Shown: positions 26,369 to 42,474, counted from the first letter of the stretch. The stretch is 64,000 nucleotides of DNA from the human T2T-CHM13v2.0 reference genome, Homo sapiens (GCF_009914755.1 NC_060931.1); one strand, 5' to 3'. Made by a program: numbers and translations. Notes: a model not told the origin generated them from the sequence alone.

Positions 26369-27723
26369 TACACATAACTCAGAGATAGTGCACGTTTTGT
26401 TCTAGACTACCACAATAAAGTGAGACACATGAAATTTTTGGTTTCCCAGTATGCATACAAGTTACGTTTACACTGTATTATATTAGTCTGTGATAGCATT
26501 ATATCAGAAAAACAATGTGCATACCTGAATTTAAAAATACTTTATTGCTAAAAATGCTTTCAGCATGAGCTTCAGCAAGTCACTTTCTGCTGGTGGAGGT
26601 TCTTGCCTCCATGTTGATGGAAGCTGAATCATCTGGGTGGTAGTTGCTGAAGGTTGGGGTGGCTATGGCAATTTATTAAAATAAGACAACAAAGTTTGCT
26701 GCATTGATTGACTCTTCCTTTCACATAAGATTTCTCTGTAGTATGCAATGCTATTTGATAGCATTTTACCTACAGAAAAACTTTTCAAAATTGGAATTCA
26801 ATCCTCTCAAATCTTGCCACTGCTTTATCAACTAAGTTTGTAGGAAATTATAAGTCTTTGTTGACATCTCAACAATGTTCATAGCATCTTCATGGGAAAT
26901 AGATTCCATGTCAATAAACCATTTTCTTTGCTCATCCATAAGAAGCAGCTCCTCATCTGTTCAAGTTTGATAATTATATTGCAACAATCCAGTCACATCT
27001 TCAGACTCCACTTCTAATTCTAGTTCTCTTGCTATTTCTACCACATCTGCAGTTACTTCTTCCCCTGAAATCTTGAACCCCTCAAAGACATTTATAAGAG
27101 ATGAAATCAATTTCTTTTAAGACTATTTTGCCCTCCTCCCATGATATATTGACTTATTTCCATGAATCATGATTGTTCTTAATGGCATCTAGAATTATGA
27201 ATTTTTTCTAGAATGTTTTCAATGTACTTTTCCCAGATCCATCAGAGAAGTCACTATGTATGGGAGCTATAGCCTTATGAAATATACTTTTGTAATAATC
27301 AGATTTGAAAGTCAAAATCACTCCTTGATCCATGGGTTGCAGAATGGATACTGTGTTAGCAGATACAAAAACAGCATTAATCACTTTGTACACTTCCATC
27401 AGAGCTCTTGAGTGACCAGGTACATTGTCAATGAGCAGTCATACTTTGAAAGAAACCTTTTTTTCTGGGCAGTAGGTTTCAATAGTGGGCTTAAAGTGTT
27501 TAGTAAACAACACTGTAAGCAGATGTGCTGTCATCTGGCTTTGTTATTCCATTTATAGAGCACAGGCAGAGGAGATTTAGCATAATTCTTAAGGGCCCTA
27601 TGATTTTCAGAATGGTCAATGAGCATACGCTTTCACTTAAAGTCACAAGCCGCATTAGCCCCTAACAAGAAGATCAGCTTGTCCTTTGAAGCTCTGAAGC
27701 CAGGTATTGACTTTTCCTCATAG

Positions 27724-27758
<35 letters not shown>

Positions 27759-28715
27759 TAGATGGAATCTTCTTCTACATTGAAAATCTAATGTTTAGTG
27801 TATCCACCTTGATCAATGCTCCTGGCTAGGTCTTCTGGAAAACTTGCTGAAGTTTGTACATCAGCACTTGCTGCTTCACCTTGTGCTTTTCTGTTATGTA
27901 GATGACTTCTTTACTTAAACCTCACGAAGTAACTTCTGCTAGTTATTTTCTTCGGCAGCTTCCTCACCTCGATCAGCCCTCAAGAAACTGGAGGGAATTA
28001 GGGTCTTTCTCTTTATTAGGCTTTGGCTTAAGGGAACATTGTGGCTCGTTTGATCTTCTATGCAGACCACTCAGACTTCCTCCATATCAGCAGTAAGCAT
28101 GGTTCGCTTGCTTATCATTTGCCTGTTCCTTGGAGTAGCACTTTTAATTTTCAAGAATTTTCCCTTTGCATCTACAGCTTGGCTCTCTGTTTGGCGCAAG
28201 AGGCCTACCTTTCAGCCTACATCAGCTTTCCATGTGCCTTCCTCATTAAGCTTCATCTTTTCTGGTTTTTTATTTAAAGTGAGAGATATATGATTCTTCC
28301 TTTCACTTGAACATTTAGAGGTCATTGTAGGGTTATTAATTGGCCAAATTCCAATATTATTGTGGCTCAGGGACTAGGAAAGCCTGAAAAAAGGGAAAGC
28401 AATGGGGGAACAGCAGGTTGCTGAAGCAGTCAGAACACACACAAAATTTCTCAACCAGAGATAGGGTTCGTAGTGCCCCCAAACAATTACAACAGTAACA
28501 TCAAAGACTCCTGAAAACAGATCACTGTAACAGATTTTACAGTAAAGAAGTTTGAAGTATTGTGAGAATTAACAAAATGTGAAATCAAAACACTGAGTGA
28601 GCACATGCCATTAGAAAATTGGCACTGATAGACTTGCTTGATGTAGGGTTGCCACAGCTCTTCAATTTGTAAAAAATGCAAAAACTGCAAAGTACAATAA
28701 AACAAGGCATGCCTG
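26369..28715 (-). mobile_element. Near-full-length Tigger1 (pogo/TcMar) DNA transposon
   Basis: About 2.35 kb. TIR 'aaggcatgcctg|TA' at the right end and a degenerate TIR after TA at the left. Transposase remnants inside. Confidence 0.92.
26560..28325 (-). pseudogene. Disrupted Tigger1 transposase (TIGD1-like) reading frame
   Basis: ATG at 28325 reads MTSKCSSERKNHISLTLNKKPEKMKLNEEG..VG* (early stop). ORF 27208..27399 has the pogo DDE_1 motif '[10 protein letters not shown]'. The 3' limit is approximate. Confidence 0.8.
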
Positions 28716-31169
28716 TAGCATATGAAAGAGCTGCACTCAAGTTTCCCCCCATTTTTTGAGAGGAAAACTTATTTTGCTATATCTTGGCCTTCTGTATGTA
28801 AAGAAGTTCTAAGGTATGTTAGAAAATCCCACATCTTGTAAATGTCTTATTTAAAAAGAGGAAGAAAGAAGAAATCATAGGAAAGAAATGTCTTCTGAAA
28901 ATGACTTTTGGATATGGAATTGTGAGACCATCTCTAGAAGTGACACCAAGAGACACACAAGTCCATGTTCACTCACTGGGTTTTAGAGGAGATGGAAAAG
29001 TCCACAAAAATGAATAGAATCGTTCTCTATAAGCCTATGCCAAGCTGGTCACATTTTGAAGATATTTTCTTATTATACTCATTGTTCTGTGTATGCATTT
29101 TATTCCTAATAAGTGTACAAATAGTTAACAATGTTAAGTACTTTTCTGAAATACTGAGTCTTTATAGACGTTCCGGAGTGCCTTATACATGTTTAAGGTA
29201 GTAATAAAAGAGCACATTTTATGAATAACCTTGATAAAATTCATACGACATTTGTCTTTTGGAAATGAAATAATCAAATCACCTTTCTGAGCAGTATACA
29301 TTGTATGTGTGCACTGGTTCAGGGAACAAGGCAGAAGAAAGAAGAGGAAAAGGCTCCATGCCAGTCATTTTATAGTAAGCCAAGATTAGCCATCTTATCC
29401 TGAATGTTCTGTGCATTTTATTTTACTTTGTTCTCTATGTGGTATACATAATGAACAAATGAGTCAATTTTACAACATCTTGTCTTTCTAGTTGTTAAAG
29501 AGCCTGCCAATATATGACCAAAGTAGAGTTTGTAAACTATTTTGTACATTTTGCGTTATATGGTAAAGACTGTCTTCTGAAAACAACTTGAGAATATGAA
29601 ATTAAATCCATCTCTAAGAATTATAGATACTTGTACACATAGTAAATACTAGAACTGTTAAATTAAAAGCAAAGTGTTCAGTAAAAGAGACAACTTTGTG
29701 GTTGATCATAAACTAAAATACTTTTAATATATATGATTCATAAGATGTCTTACGTTTGCCGGTTCTAAACATCCTTTATATTTTATCATTTGCATGAAGA
29801 ATGTGCAGATATTGCCAGCCCACACCCAGGGACCCTCACAGAGTAAACTTGTGTATGTCTATAAGTGATCTGGGTGTTTGGCTTGTGTCTTGGCATGAAA
29901 GCTACTCCTGCTCTTGATCTTTGCATGTGCATAGGATGGAAGGAAGGGAAGGGACTCTGCTGTTCTCAGGAGAACTTCAACTCTATGTCTTTATTTTTGA
30001 GGATGAGCAAACTCTTCAAAGGGCTGTTCTGCCCTATCTCTTATTTTCTGCTTTCCTAACCTTTCCCCATTTCCTCTTCATTCTGAAGTGCTAAGAACGT
30101 TTGAGAAGCTGGAGGACACATGCTTAGAACCATAGGGAAAAAGCCATTCACATTCCATTGTGTCATCAGCCCAGACCTCTTTGTCTTACCCAGAGGCCAC
30201 TTCCCACCACCAAAAGGAATATTAGGAGTATTAATTCTTTCCGCTACTAAGACGTTGTTTAGGGTACCCTAAATAGCAGTCATCGAAATAAATGAAGCCT
30301 CTATTTTAAAGTTAAAGGGACACTAGCACTTTAAGCTGTTTGGTACAGTGTTTTTAAAGTATGGAAAATAACACTCACCTTCTTTTGAGACCATGTTAAC
30401 ATTTTTGAAACTGTGCATTATTCTTTTCAGTAGATAATACATTTAAGGTCAGAACTATGCTAGAATATCCAGATTCCCTGCAGTTGGTGTTCTGCCACTG
30501 AAACCTCAAAACCAGATACTCTCAGCAGTGTACTGCATATATTACACAGGTGCATCAAAGATTTATCACTCCTCTTGGTCCACCTCCGGGCAGCATTTCA
30601 TCATCGAAGAAAATAAACTCATTTGAGCCGCTCTTTAATTTTTAAAATGAAAATCTATATCCATCAGGCATATGTCATAGTTTCAGAGTAAGAAAAAGAA
30701 GATAACTTTTGTGAAATGTCTTTTTTTCCTATAAACACAATTACAAAGCACTCAACTTATAAATAACATTTATTTTATATTAATAAAAAGAATTTAGCAA
30801 ATTCCCAGTATTATGCTAGGTGTTCATACTCTCTACTCCAGTTTAAAACACACACCTGCGCATACATACACACACATACAGTTTTAAAGATGCATTTTTC
30901 CTCTTCTGGAATGTGTTACTATTGCTTCACCTTTGATAACTTTCATTGGGGAGCACTTTTCAACTTAACTTGTGTCTGCACAGTACATTCAATGTGGCTT
31001 TCTGATGAAATTGACAGGTCAATTCAAAAACAACCATATTCATTGCAATTTTTTTCTATTCCGAACATGACCAAATCCACCAAGCATATTAGTTTCCCTT
31101 AAAACTAAAGAACTTTTTAAAATTTAGGCTTGAGAGAAGCGAAACTTATTTTAATAACTGAAGGAAAAA

Positions 31170-32510
31170 ACGGTTGATGCTTATAAACTGTGTATCAGAT
31201 TTTGGCCTACGTGTTCCATATCTATATTATCTAATTTAACTCTCACACACCCTTAAGATAGTAGGTACTAATATTAATTCCTGCCTGTGTAACCTACCAT
31301 TCAGAGAGTAAAATAACTTCCCTAAAGTTACCTGAACCCAGGAAATCTAGCTCCAAAATCAAATGACCAATCCCTATCCTATACAACCTCTCAAGAATGA
31401 GCACATGTAGAGGAGAATAAGCAGAAAATATCATTAGTTCAAATTAACTGGATGTAATTGAGGGTGAATAAGCCAAAAATGTGAATCTCTAAGTACCTGG
31501 CTTTACCTTTTCTAGAGTTTTCTTTGTCTTGAGCCATATTCTATGTTCAGGCTCTCAACATGGCAACCTATTGGGCTGAGACAGATAGAAAATGCATCCA
31601 TGATCTCAAAAAGTAATTGGCCTCACCTATCCCGAATGCATAAAAAGTCTGCTAATTATGACAGAATTATGTGGACATTCAATTGTTTTTTAAATTTTAT
31701 ATTCTAAGTCAATATTTTGTAAATATTTTAGAATTAGTAAGTAGTGTTATTCTTAATGGGTTACCCCTGCCATGAATATTAGGAAAAATATATATAAATG
31801 TAAAATTTGCCTGCATACATTTTTGTTTCTGAAGAAGTGTTAGTCACTTTCATTCTTTAAATATCATTTGTGTTGTCAAATTCCCATGTTTTTTAGCTTT
31901 GCCCTCTTTCCTGAGTTTCTTCTCTAACTGCCTGATGGAATTCTTCACCTGGATACCCATCATGCTTTCAGAATCAACATTCCTGCAGCCTCTAAATCAT
32001 TTTGGATTAAATGCATTCTCAATGATTATAAAGGAGGTGCATGACTGGGGTAAAATAAAACTTTTTAAATAATAAATTTTCTGACACAAGTTCAGATGTG
32101 ACTTATATAAGTCATTGAATCCTAATTTCAGTCATCAAATATGGAATTCATCCAGTCTACTAGCTTCATTTTACAAACGAAGAGGCTCAGATCCTGACAG
32201 AAACTGTGACTTGTTCCAGATCATCATGAATTTGTACCTGGACTGCAACTAGAATCTTTAATCCTGATTTTTTTAAATAATAATGATGGCTGTTATTTTT
32301 CCACTGGGCATACCATGACTCAGATGCCATACTGACATTTTACTTTCATTATCTCATTTAATCCTCAACACGACCCTGTAAGTAAGCATTTTTATTCCCA
32401 TATTACAATTGAGGAAAGGGAAGCTATGGGAGGTGAACCTATTCATTAAGGTTCACAAAGCTAGAAGAGTCAGAATCCCAAACCATGTCTGTCTCACTCC
32501 AAATTCCCTT
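31170..32510. mobile_element. Three MIR fragments (about 31170-31380, 32130-32260, 32300-32510)
   Basis: MIR cores 'cattttacaaacgaagagg', 'tctcatttaatcctcaac..ccatattacaattgaggaaa'. Confidence 0.6.
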
Positions 32511-33449
32511 GCTTCAGTAAGCTTCTCTAGGCCAATGTTCCTTCTGCATTGCCCATTTTCTTCCTATGAATGCAAATTACATAAACATGGAAGTACATTT
32601 GACCATTTTAATTGTTTAACAGTCCATGTTGCAGGACCTTCCACAATAGAATCAATGTATTAAAATGTGTAAATGACCACACTTTTTACACAAATGCTAT
32701 GAATCCTTAAGGTTTTCCAATTTATAAAATATGTCTGCAAAGCATACTTTATGATGCTTTGTATTCTGTCAGTAATTGGATGTCATATATTTAAATTCTA
32801 TTAAACTGCTTATTAAAATGTCCAGTGCCTCTTTTCTTGCATGGCCACAAATATTGTCACTATAAATCAGCACCTTTCAAAGTTAGTTTCATGACAACTC
32901 AAGATACTTCAAACTAATTTAGAAAGTCTCAAAATAATTCAAAAATAATTCATTTAGTTAACATATTTTGTAAATATACATATTCTATATATTAACTTGA
33001 ATGTGGAATAAGTCAAGGAAGAGATATCAAATGTCTTTAAAAGGTATTACAACTGTAAGTAATCAAAGAAGGAAAAAAAAAAACAAACAGAATAAACTGT
33101 TAAAGGGCCAGAATACTAGGAAGAACTTAAATAGGTAGTAAGCAATACATACTTCCTCACCTATATAATATCAAAGAGTTTGGGATACCCACAGAAGGGA
33201 CTGTGAAAACCTCTTAGACCATCCTCCGCATTGGTGTCTCCTTAAATCAATGGGATAAATACTGAAAATCTTGTCCAATAGCAATCCAATTTAAGAAGTC
33301 ACCATAGGTATGAATAGCAAACAATTATATGTTCCCCATCATGGCTAAATGTATCTTGTGAGCCATCTACAAAATCAATTATTCAGCAATTCAGTTCATT
33401 TCATTGAGACAATATTAATAAAAGGATCAAAAGAACTATCGTCTAATTA

Positions 33450-34110
33450 TGTCATACACAATAAATCACCAACTATTTATCAAAAACTGTTCTTTCCATT
33501 CTACCTCTGTGGTTATTGCCTTAGGTCAGACACCATCACTTCTCACCTGAATTAATGTATTAAGTTTTTAATGGGTCTCCCTATCTCCAATCTCACCAAT
33601 CCCAGATTACCCTTTAATGATTTCACATTACCTTGAAAATAACTAGGCACTTATTTTTGTGCTCTGGTACAAAAATGCCTTTGTCTGTTGCCACACAGGC
33701 CATTATCTCATGGAAAACCTGTTTTCCAGCTGTGTCGAATTCAGTAGTATTCATAGACCCAACACAATCTCTTCTTGTCTTTAATGTGACGTTTATCCTG
33801 AAAAGAGTGCTTTTCTCTCACACTCCCTGTATATCTGGTTGGCTTATCCTTGAATATCCTACTCAAACTTTACCTTCCCCAAGCACAGCTTTCCATGATC
33901 TCCTCAATGCTGAGCTGCCCTTCTCTGTGCTCCTTTTGCAACAGCTGCCAAGCCATTTCTTACATGGCATTTACTGTCTCCTCTCCCAGAACAATTTCTT
34001 GAGGCTAGAAACCATGTCTTAATTATCTTGTGGCCTAGTATCTGAATGTCTGCAATATGGAAAAAACGCTCCATTGGTGTTTGTTGAAAGGATGAATAAA
34101 TAAACATTTC
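33450..34110 (+). mobile_element. L2 3' fragment
   Basis: 'caccatcacttctcacctgaatt' and the 3' end 'tgtttgttgaaaggatgaataaat'. Confidence 0.65.
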
Positions 34111-35159
34111 CTAAAATTGCCTGATACTAAGAATCGCTCAGGTGCTAATTAAAAATTCAGATCCCCAAGCTAAGATTTATATTGACCAGTATGAATTGAG
34201 GCAGAAGATTCTGTACATTTATCAAGTATCCCAAATGATTTTCATAATGAGGAAACTGAGAGAATTTAATCATAACGGATAGGAAAATCTGTCTTTGCAT
34301 GAAATTTCTCTGTCCTCTGTCTACGGGTTACTTGTTTTTGAGGTATCCATGAGGATACTCCTCCCCCTTTATCTGATACCTAACTGTGCTGTGCAAGAAA
34401 AACAAAACAGTTTTTCGTCATATAAGGGCATGAGGCTAATCTATCCTTAGCTCAGAATATAAACTCAGCAAGGGACTTAGATATGATTTCAACATTGTTT
34501 GTATTCTTTCAGCTAGCGTTTTCAATGTGGCCTAAAAATGTCATGACTCAGAGTACTTATTCGTAGAATTGCTTCAAAATTTTATCTAAACCACTAAAAT
34601 TTCACACCTGGCATTGAAACTACCTAGTTTGCCTGCAAGAACTCCACTTACTTGGGAAATATACAGTACTTGCTGAGACTAACTTACTGTGTAATGCTTT
34701 ATCCTATAACTCTAGGAATACAAACTCTTTAAAAAAAAAAAAGGCTGTTCCATGTTGCCTCTATTCAGCATACCTTACTCCTAATTTCCTGCAATATTCT
34801 TTTCACCTCTACTACTCAGGGCAAACTTTTTTTCTCAAAGTCACAAAGAAGCTCTGAATTACCAAATCTAACAAATTTTTTTCCCATACCCATTGGCTTC
34901 TAACTAACAGTATGAGACAAGCCTTTCTTCAATGCCCATTCCTTGTTGGATTCCTGGCCTTCCTCTTTCTCTCTCTGCAACTTTTTGGTCTCCTTCATAA
35001 ACGTATTCTTTTGTTTTGCCTGCTTCTAAATATGTTTGTTCTATTTTGGAATCTAAACTTGTTGGCCTAGCAGTAAAGTTCTTCAAAGTTTGCCAATCTG
35101 TTTGGATCTTATCACACTAAACACCTCTCCATGTATCCTACGGTTTGAGCTGGCACTCG

Positions 35160-35332
35160 TCAGATGTGGTTTTAAAATGTATACTAATTAAAATTAAATA
35201 GAATAAAAAATTCAACTCCTCAGTCACACTATCCACATGTCAAGTGTTCAACAGCCACTAGTGGCTACCATATTGGACAGAACGTTCATACAACATTGCC
35301 TTCATGGACATAAGTTCTATTGGACAGTGCTA
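35160..35332. mobile_element. MER3 hAT-Charlie
   Basis: 'ccacatgtcaagtgttcaacagccactagtggctaccatattggacag..aagttctattggacagtgcta|gtctagac'. Confidence 0.8.
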
Positions 35333-35649
35333 GTCTAGACAACTGGACTACTCAAATTTCTCATCTCTACACTTTAGCTCATTCTATTCTCTGTCTACCT
35401 GAAATGCGGTCCACCAACCATATCTCTTCCTATTCAGATATGACTTGTTCTTCAAGATTTATTCTTAATATTTACCTGTCTCCAAAGTCTTTACTTATCA
35501 CTCTAGCTGAAAGTATGGCAGCCCACCTATGAACTCTCAAAGTTGTTTATACTACTGCTCTTCCCCATGTTGTTTTGTTCTGTCATTATTGGTGCAAATG
35601 CCTGCTTTCCTTGATCAGAGATATAATCTTTGAAGAGTTGATTGATAGT

Positions 35650-36619
<970 letters not shown>

Positions 36620-36660
36620 TTGAGATACTGTCTTCTAAAACTTGCCCTTTTTATTGTTTA

Positions 36661-37014
<354 letters not shown>

Positions 37015-38898
37015 TTAATGGTTTATGTCTAAGGGAGGGGAAGAGGCAATTTATTCAAGTTTTCAGTGCTTTTAAATAGCCACATATTTCAATCTTTATC
37101 ATATTGTTTTTGCCCTAACCCTATTAGGATAACTTGCTTACATTAAGCAAAATTCTGAGAATGTTAATTAGCAATTTAGCTATGAATATGCATGATTATT
37201 TTTAAGTCCACTAATATTATGCATAGGTCTTATCTGTAATTATATCTAAATGTTCTCTTTTTTCTCTCCCTCTCTCTTTCTCCTTCAGGAAAGCCATTTA
37301 AAACACATTTGGGAAATGTTTGAAAAAATTAATTCTATTACCCTTATTTCCAGAATTTTCTTAAATATTTTATGGCTATATTTTTTCCTTCTCAAGGCAA
37401 AGCCGTACATCACCACATACATTATCATATTTGTTTACAAAATATGAGAGTCAAGGAATTAATTTTACACCAGTTAAATAACAGAAGAAAAAGTTATACT
37501 GTATTTTCTTCTTTATTATACTAATTTTTTCACATCCTTAAATGGTTTTATATTTTGTGGCTATCTGAAATTATATTTAAGGGCGAGTATTATACTACCA
37601 TTTGTTTCACATCCAACTTGGAGCATTGCATATTTGTGTAGACATATAAGGTTAGTCAGGGGTGAGAGATAGGAGGATTAAACTCATCTAGTTTGCGTGC
37701 CCTTTCTCAGTCACAATGCAGTCTTTACAAACAATTTTTTCCTTTAACAGAAAAACTGAAAAGGTGTCTAAAAAAATAATTTGCCTTAAGACAACCTTTC
37801 TAGGAAATGGTGAAGATCTGTTTCAAACCCAGGCCTGCCTCATGCCAAAGCCTATGACCTTTTCACTATTAATGACCAAATGGTTGAATGACTGTTAAAT
37901 AAGTCTCTTGGGTAAAACATAAACGTGCCTGATACCCATTCATTAAAATGTTTATTAGATGAATAAATAAATTGGTGGATGGAGCTCAATATAATCAGCT
38001 CATGTGCCTCCACACCAAAAGAGAACATTTTCAAATGAACATGCAGGAGGAATACATGATTACAAAAATGCTTCAGCAATGATTTCGCTTTTATAGGATT
38101 ACTTGTCCCAAGTTCAACAGTCTTAATGCACATGCAATTTGCTTGAAGTCTATAATGCCCTTGGATTTCAAGCTGAGGAGTCTGATCATCTGGAAACTAA
38201 AAATTAAGGATCTGAAATATTGTTAACTAAATAGATTGAACTAAAATTAGCCTCTTAGGACTTAAAGTGCTTCCACATAAAGTCCAAGAGCTAGAAACGA
38301 GAATGATGTTCTCTACAATCAAATATTGCCTTAATTCCAAATTTAGCTTCTGCCACTTGATCTAATGTTACATCAAGGCATATGGGCCCTCTGCATGTGA
38401 AGAGCTTACACCAATTTAAAGCAAATGCATCACATGGGCAAGAATGCAAATTCCAATAGTAATAATGTTTCTTTCACTATTTATTTCATTCCTTATTTTT
38501 CATACTTGTTGCCACTTTGTGAACTTGCCTCCAATCACTTTACACTGGCTTATTTTAAAAGCCTTTTAACTGTTCTCCTTACTGTCACCCTTTTTTCCTA
38601 ATTCCACTGTTCCTACAAATGGTTGCTAGAAAAATCTTCCCCAAACACAGCTTTTATCACAGGCTCAAAAACCTATCACAATTCTCTAATGCCTGGTCTA
38701 TAAGACTCTTAAAGTCTTTCCCCCTTCTCACCAGCCTAGTCTTTCCCTGAGGCAGATTCCCTATTAAGAAGAAACAATATTTTGCTATGCCCTGTATTTT
38801 CTTATCTGTGCCTTTTGGCATGCTAGTGCTAGTGATCCTAATGTAGAGCTTTCAAACATGCTTTGAAAATTATCTTTGATATATTTTCATATGGCCTC

Positions 38899-39406
38899 TG
38901 TATTAGTCAGGGTCCCAGAAAAAAAAACAGAATTCATCCCAGAGTGTTCAAATAAAGAGATTTTAATAAAGGAGTTATTTGCATAAATTGTAGACAGACT
39001 TAAGGAGCAAACAAGATGGCAGGGCACCCAAAGGATAGCAATGGTGAGAATATAATACTACCCTTAGGGATAAACAGTCAAGGAAAAGGAGCAGTGTTTC
39101 CTTAGGAGCCCTGCATCAGAAGAGGTACAGAGGAGAACAGGGTGAAGGGAGTTATATCCTGAAAGGACATGATCACGGCCAGCGCACAGGACCGAAGTAG
39201 GACATGAAGAAGAAATATCCTGACCTCTTTCTCTTCCTGCCCTCCAATATCCTGCTAGAGCCTTCCATAGGCCCCACCCAAGATAAACACAGAGAGCAGA
39301 GAGTCCCAGTCATGCAAATGACAAGGGTCAGCTTCGCAGAGCACAGGGAAGACATGGAATAGTGTTGAGTGCATGGGGGCATGGCAAATGGAGAACAATT
39401 TGCACA
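38899..39406 (-). mobile_element. Old ERVL-class solo LTR (family unresolved)
   Basis: Begins 'tgtattagtcagggtcccag..aacagaa', ends 'ggcaaatggagaacaatttgcaca'. About 500 bp. Confidence 0.55.
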
Positions 39407-42400
39407 GTCTGAGCTACTCTGTAGCCTTCTGGAGGATGGCAATTTCTGAGATATCCCACATTTGGAGTAAGAGAACAGCCACAGACCTCACTCTATGTGT
39501 CACTTTGAGCAACTTTGCTTAGTTAGAAGCTATTTCCTTACCTTTAATATAAGAGTAATACTCAGTTTGTATAATAGTCCTGGACATCCAATGAAAAACT
39601 GTGTATAAAATATCTTGTCCCATAAGTGCTAAATGAATTGTAACTACTGCTGTGACTGACTAAATAAAAATTATATATGTATAAGTATAAAACCTCTTAC
39701 AAAACATGTAATAATAAAAGAATGAGTCATAAAAGACAAGAATCAATGAGTGTTAATGGTCACCTTTGTTGCTGACCTCTACCCTCCATCCCCTGGCCTT
39801 AACAAATATGGCAGGACATCTTCAGGATTTGGCAGGCAGACAATTTTATCTTACACTAGTGACTTGGATGCCATTCCTCTTCCTTCCACTCAGTAACAGA
39901 CGGTGCCCTGGACAGCAGTGACATCTGCAGCCCCAAGGGAGAAGGGTCAGCACAAATTTTAATTTTGCTTTTGGTTTGGGGCTTTAAGTACACAAACAGG
40001 TTTTTTTTTTCCCTGTCAGTTTGCATCTAGCTTCGCATCTGACATTTTTTAATGTTTTATGTATTTGGATTGACCTAGAAATTTATAGCTTCAGGTTTTT
40101 GCTTATTTTGCTCTGTCTCTAATTCAACCTCCTTGATTTAAAAATAAAAGCCAAAATATAACATGAACAAATACTCTATTTGTCTGTATCACTAAGGGGG
40201 TAAGGAAGAGGTCATTCTGCTCTTTTTGAGCTACTTCTTATTACAATATATTAACATTTGAATATCTTCAATAACAAGAAACAAGAATACTAGGGATAAC
40301 CTATAAAAACCTGAGTATAATTTGACTCATCGCTAAAAAAAACTTAAAAGCTAAGAGGAGAACATTTACAAAAATTGTTATGTTCACTGACAAGGCATTA
40401 GATTTCAGACTAATTGCTGCTATGAGAAAAATAGATAGATACACACATACATAAAGCTTTATTTTTAGAAGGTCAAGTATCTACACCAAATGTTTCATCC
40501 TCCAGAGTTCAGTTTCAGGGAAATCTCTACAATAGGAGAGCCTCCTGATGTTTGTTGTGGCCACATTTGGAGCCATCAAAATTTCCTACTCAGGCATCCC
40601 ACAGAGAAAAAGCATCTACCCCTAAGAATGTGAAATAGTATCCTCATTACTGAGTTGATTACTCATCAACCTTAATAGTATTTGTAATTCGCCTTTACCC
40701 TGGGGCAGTTTTCAAAGGTCACAGGGAAGGCTGAAGGCTGTGTCTATAAGACAGTTTGATCAAAATAGAACTAAAGGCTGGCCTCAGGTAGCTATTTCTG
40801 AGTTGGTCAGAGGACAATGAAAACTACAGTTCATGCCCAAATGTTCTCCTTGGTCAAGGGGAGACTGGCTAGACAGAGTCAGATCTTAAGGGTCATTTCT
40901 GATTGGCCTCCATCCAGAGTATGACAACAAAACTCGAGAAGCTTCGCAGATAAATAATGATGTAACTAATTTAGGTGTTTAGATAAATCATTCCAAGTCT
41001 CTTTTGTCTGCTTAGGCCTGATTTTCCTGGGCTAGGTAAACACCCTGAATTTACAAGAGAATGTTCAGCCTCATTTTAACTATGCAACTGGTAGAAGAAG
41101 AAGAAATAGGCCTTCTTCTATTTTGATGCTAGAAAGACAAATAAAACGACATGCATAAGTCATTTAGAGTAGTAAAGCAAATAATCAACAATTCACAGGA
41201 TTGAATTGTATGATAAGAAGACATATGGAATTTCTCATTCTGGTTCTTTTCTTTGTCCCTTTTGTAAGTTACTTACTCAAATTGATTACAGCTTTTCAAT
41301 CTGTAAAAAAGGGATATAAGATAAATAATCTCTAATATTCCTTCTAACTCTATAAAAATAGCTATTGTTTTATGTACCAAGAATAATCAAAGTATTTTTT
41401 TTAGATTGCAGACCTATGTTCTCATGAGACTGCATTTCAGATGGATTGGAAGCAACCTAATATGTATTCAAAAACCAGCACCAGATGAAAGGACTCAGCC
41501 AGAATCATGCAAAGCAGAAGAATCAAATTCACAGAGACAGACTAAACTTTTTAACTAAGACTATCATGCAATTACATTGTTGGTATATCCCACGTCTATT
41601 GGTTGTATATGTATCCAAAAATTAGGTTTAGAGATGGATGATACACAGATTAGATAAACTGATAATCAATGGAGAAATGGAAAAATAGACATTTTTAAGC
41701 ACATTTTCTGAAATATCAGATGTATAAAATATGTGTATTCATGAAAGAAATAAAATTAGACAGGAGACAAAACAGATAATTTAGCAAGAAGTTATTAAGG
41801 GTGAATAATAGTATTCAGATCTATCTGTCATAAGGCCCTACAAATACTAAAATTAGCTGTGATTTTTTTCTATTAGTTCCCTAGGATTCTGCTAAAATCA
41901 GCATCCTCATGAGCACTGGTTAACACTATGGTGTAAATCATTTGCTGATGCCATAAATTAAAAACAAAACAAAAAACTATATTCAAAGTAACTGAGCTAT
42001 AGGAACATCTCCTTAAAAGATGGAGGCATTAAGAGCATTTTCCACAACCGAGAACTAAATGTCATTCACCTGTGAATTAAAAAAAGGAAATCACGGGGGA
42101 AAAATGAGCAGCCAGATCAATTGCATAAACCTTTGTCAAAGATAGAAATGTTTATATGGGAGTTCTGTGGCTAAACAAAATGCAAACAGCCACATATTTT
42201 TTCAACCAACAAATGGATATCAGTAGCTTAAATAAACTCTTTCATCTTTTTATTTTTTTCATCCTTATCCTTGCTTTAAAAAAATGGAACACAGTATTTG
42301 TTGAAGATTTTATGCACATATTGCATCATAGCCCAATTTCTCAAACTCAAAGTCAATTTAGCAAATAGAAATGATAGCAGAAAAAACATATAATGTCCTG

Positions 42401-42474
42401 TTGGGAAGAACTGTCTTTCATTGTAGTGTGAACTTAATGACTGCATCACCTACCTTGAAGTATTTTTTAGGTCT

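Noticed and set aside
30370-30385. Strong minus-strand donor GAAG|GTGAGT
   Set aside because: No convincing acceptor at exon-sized distance upstream.
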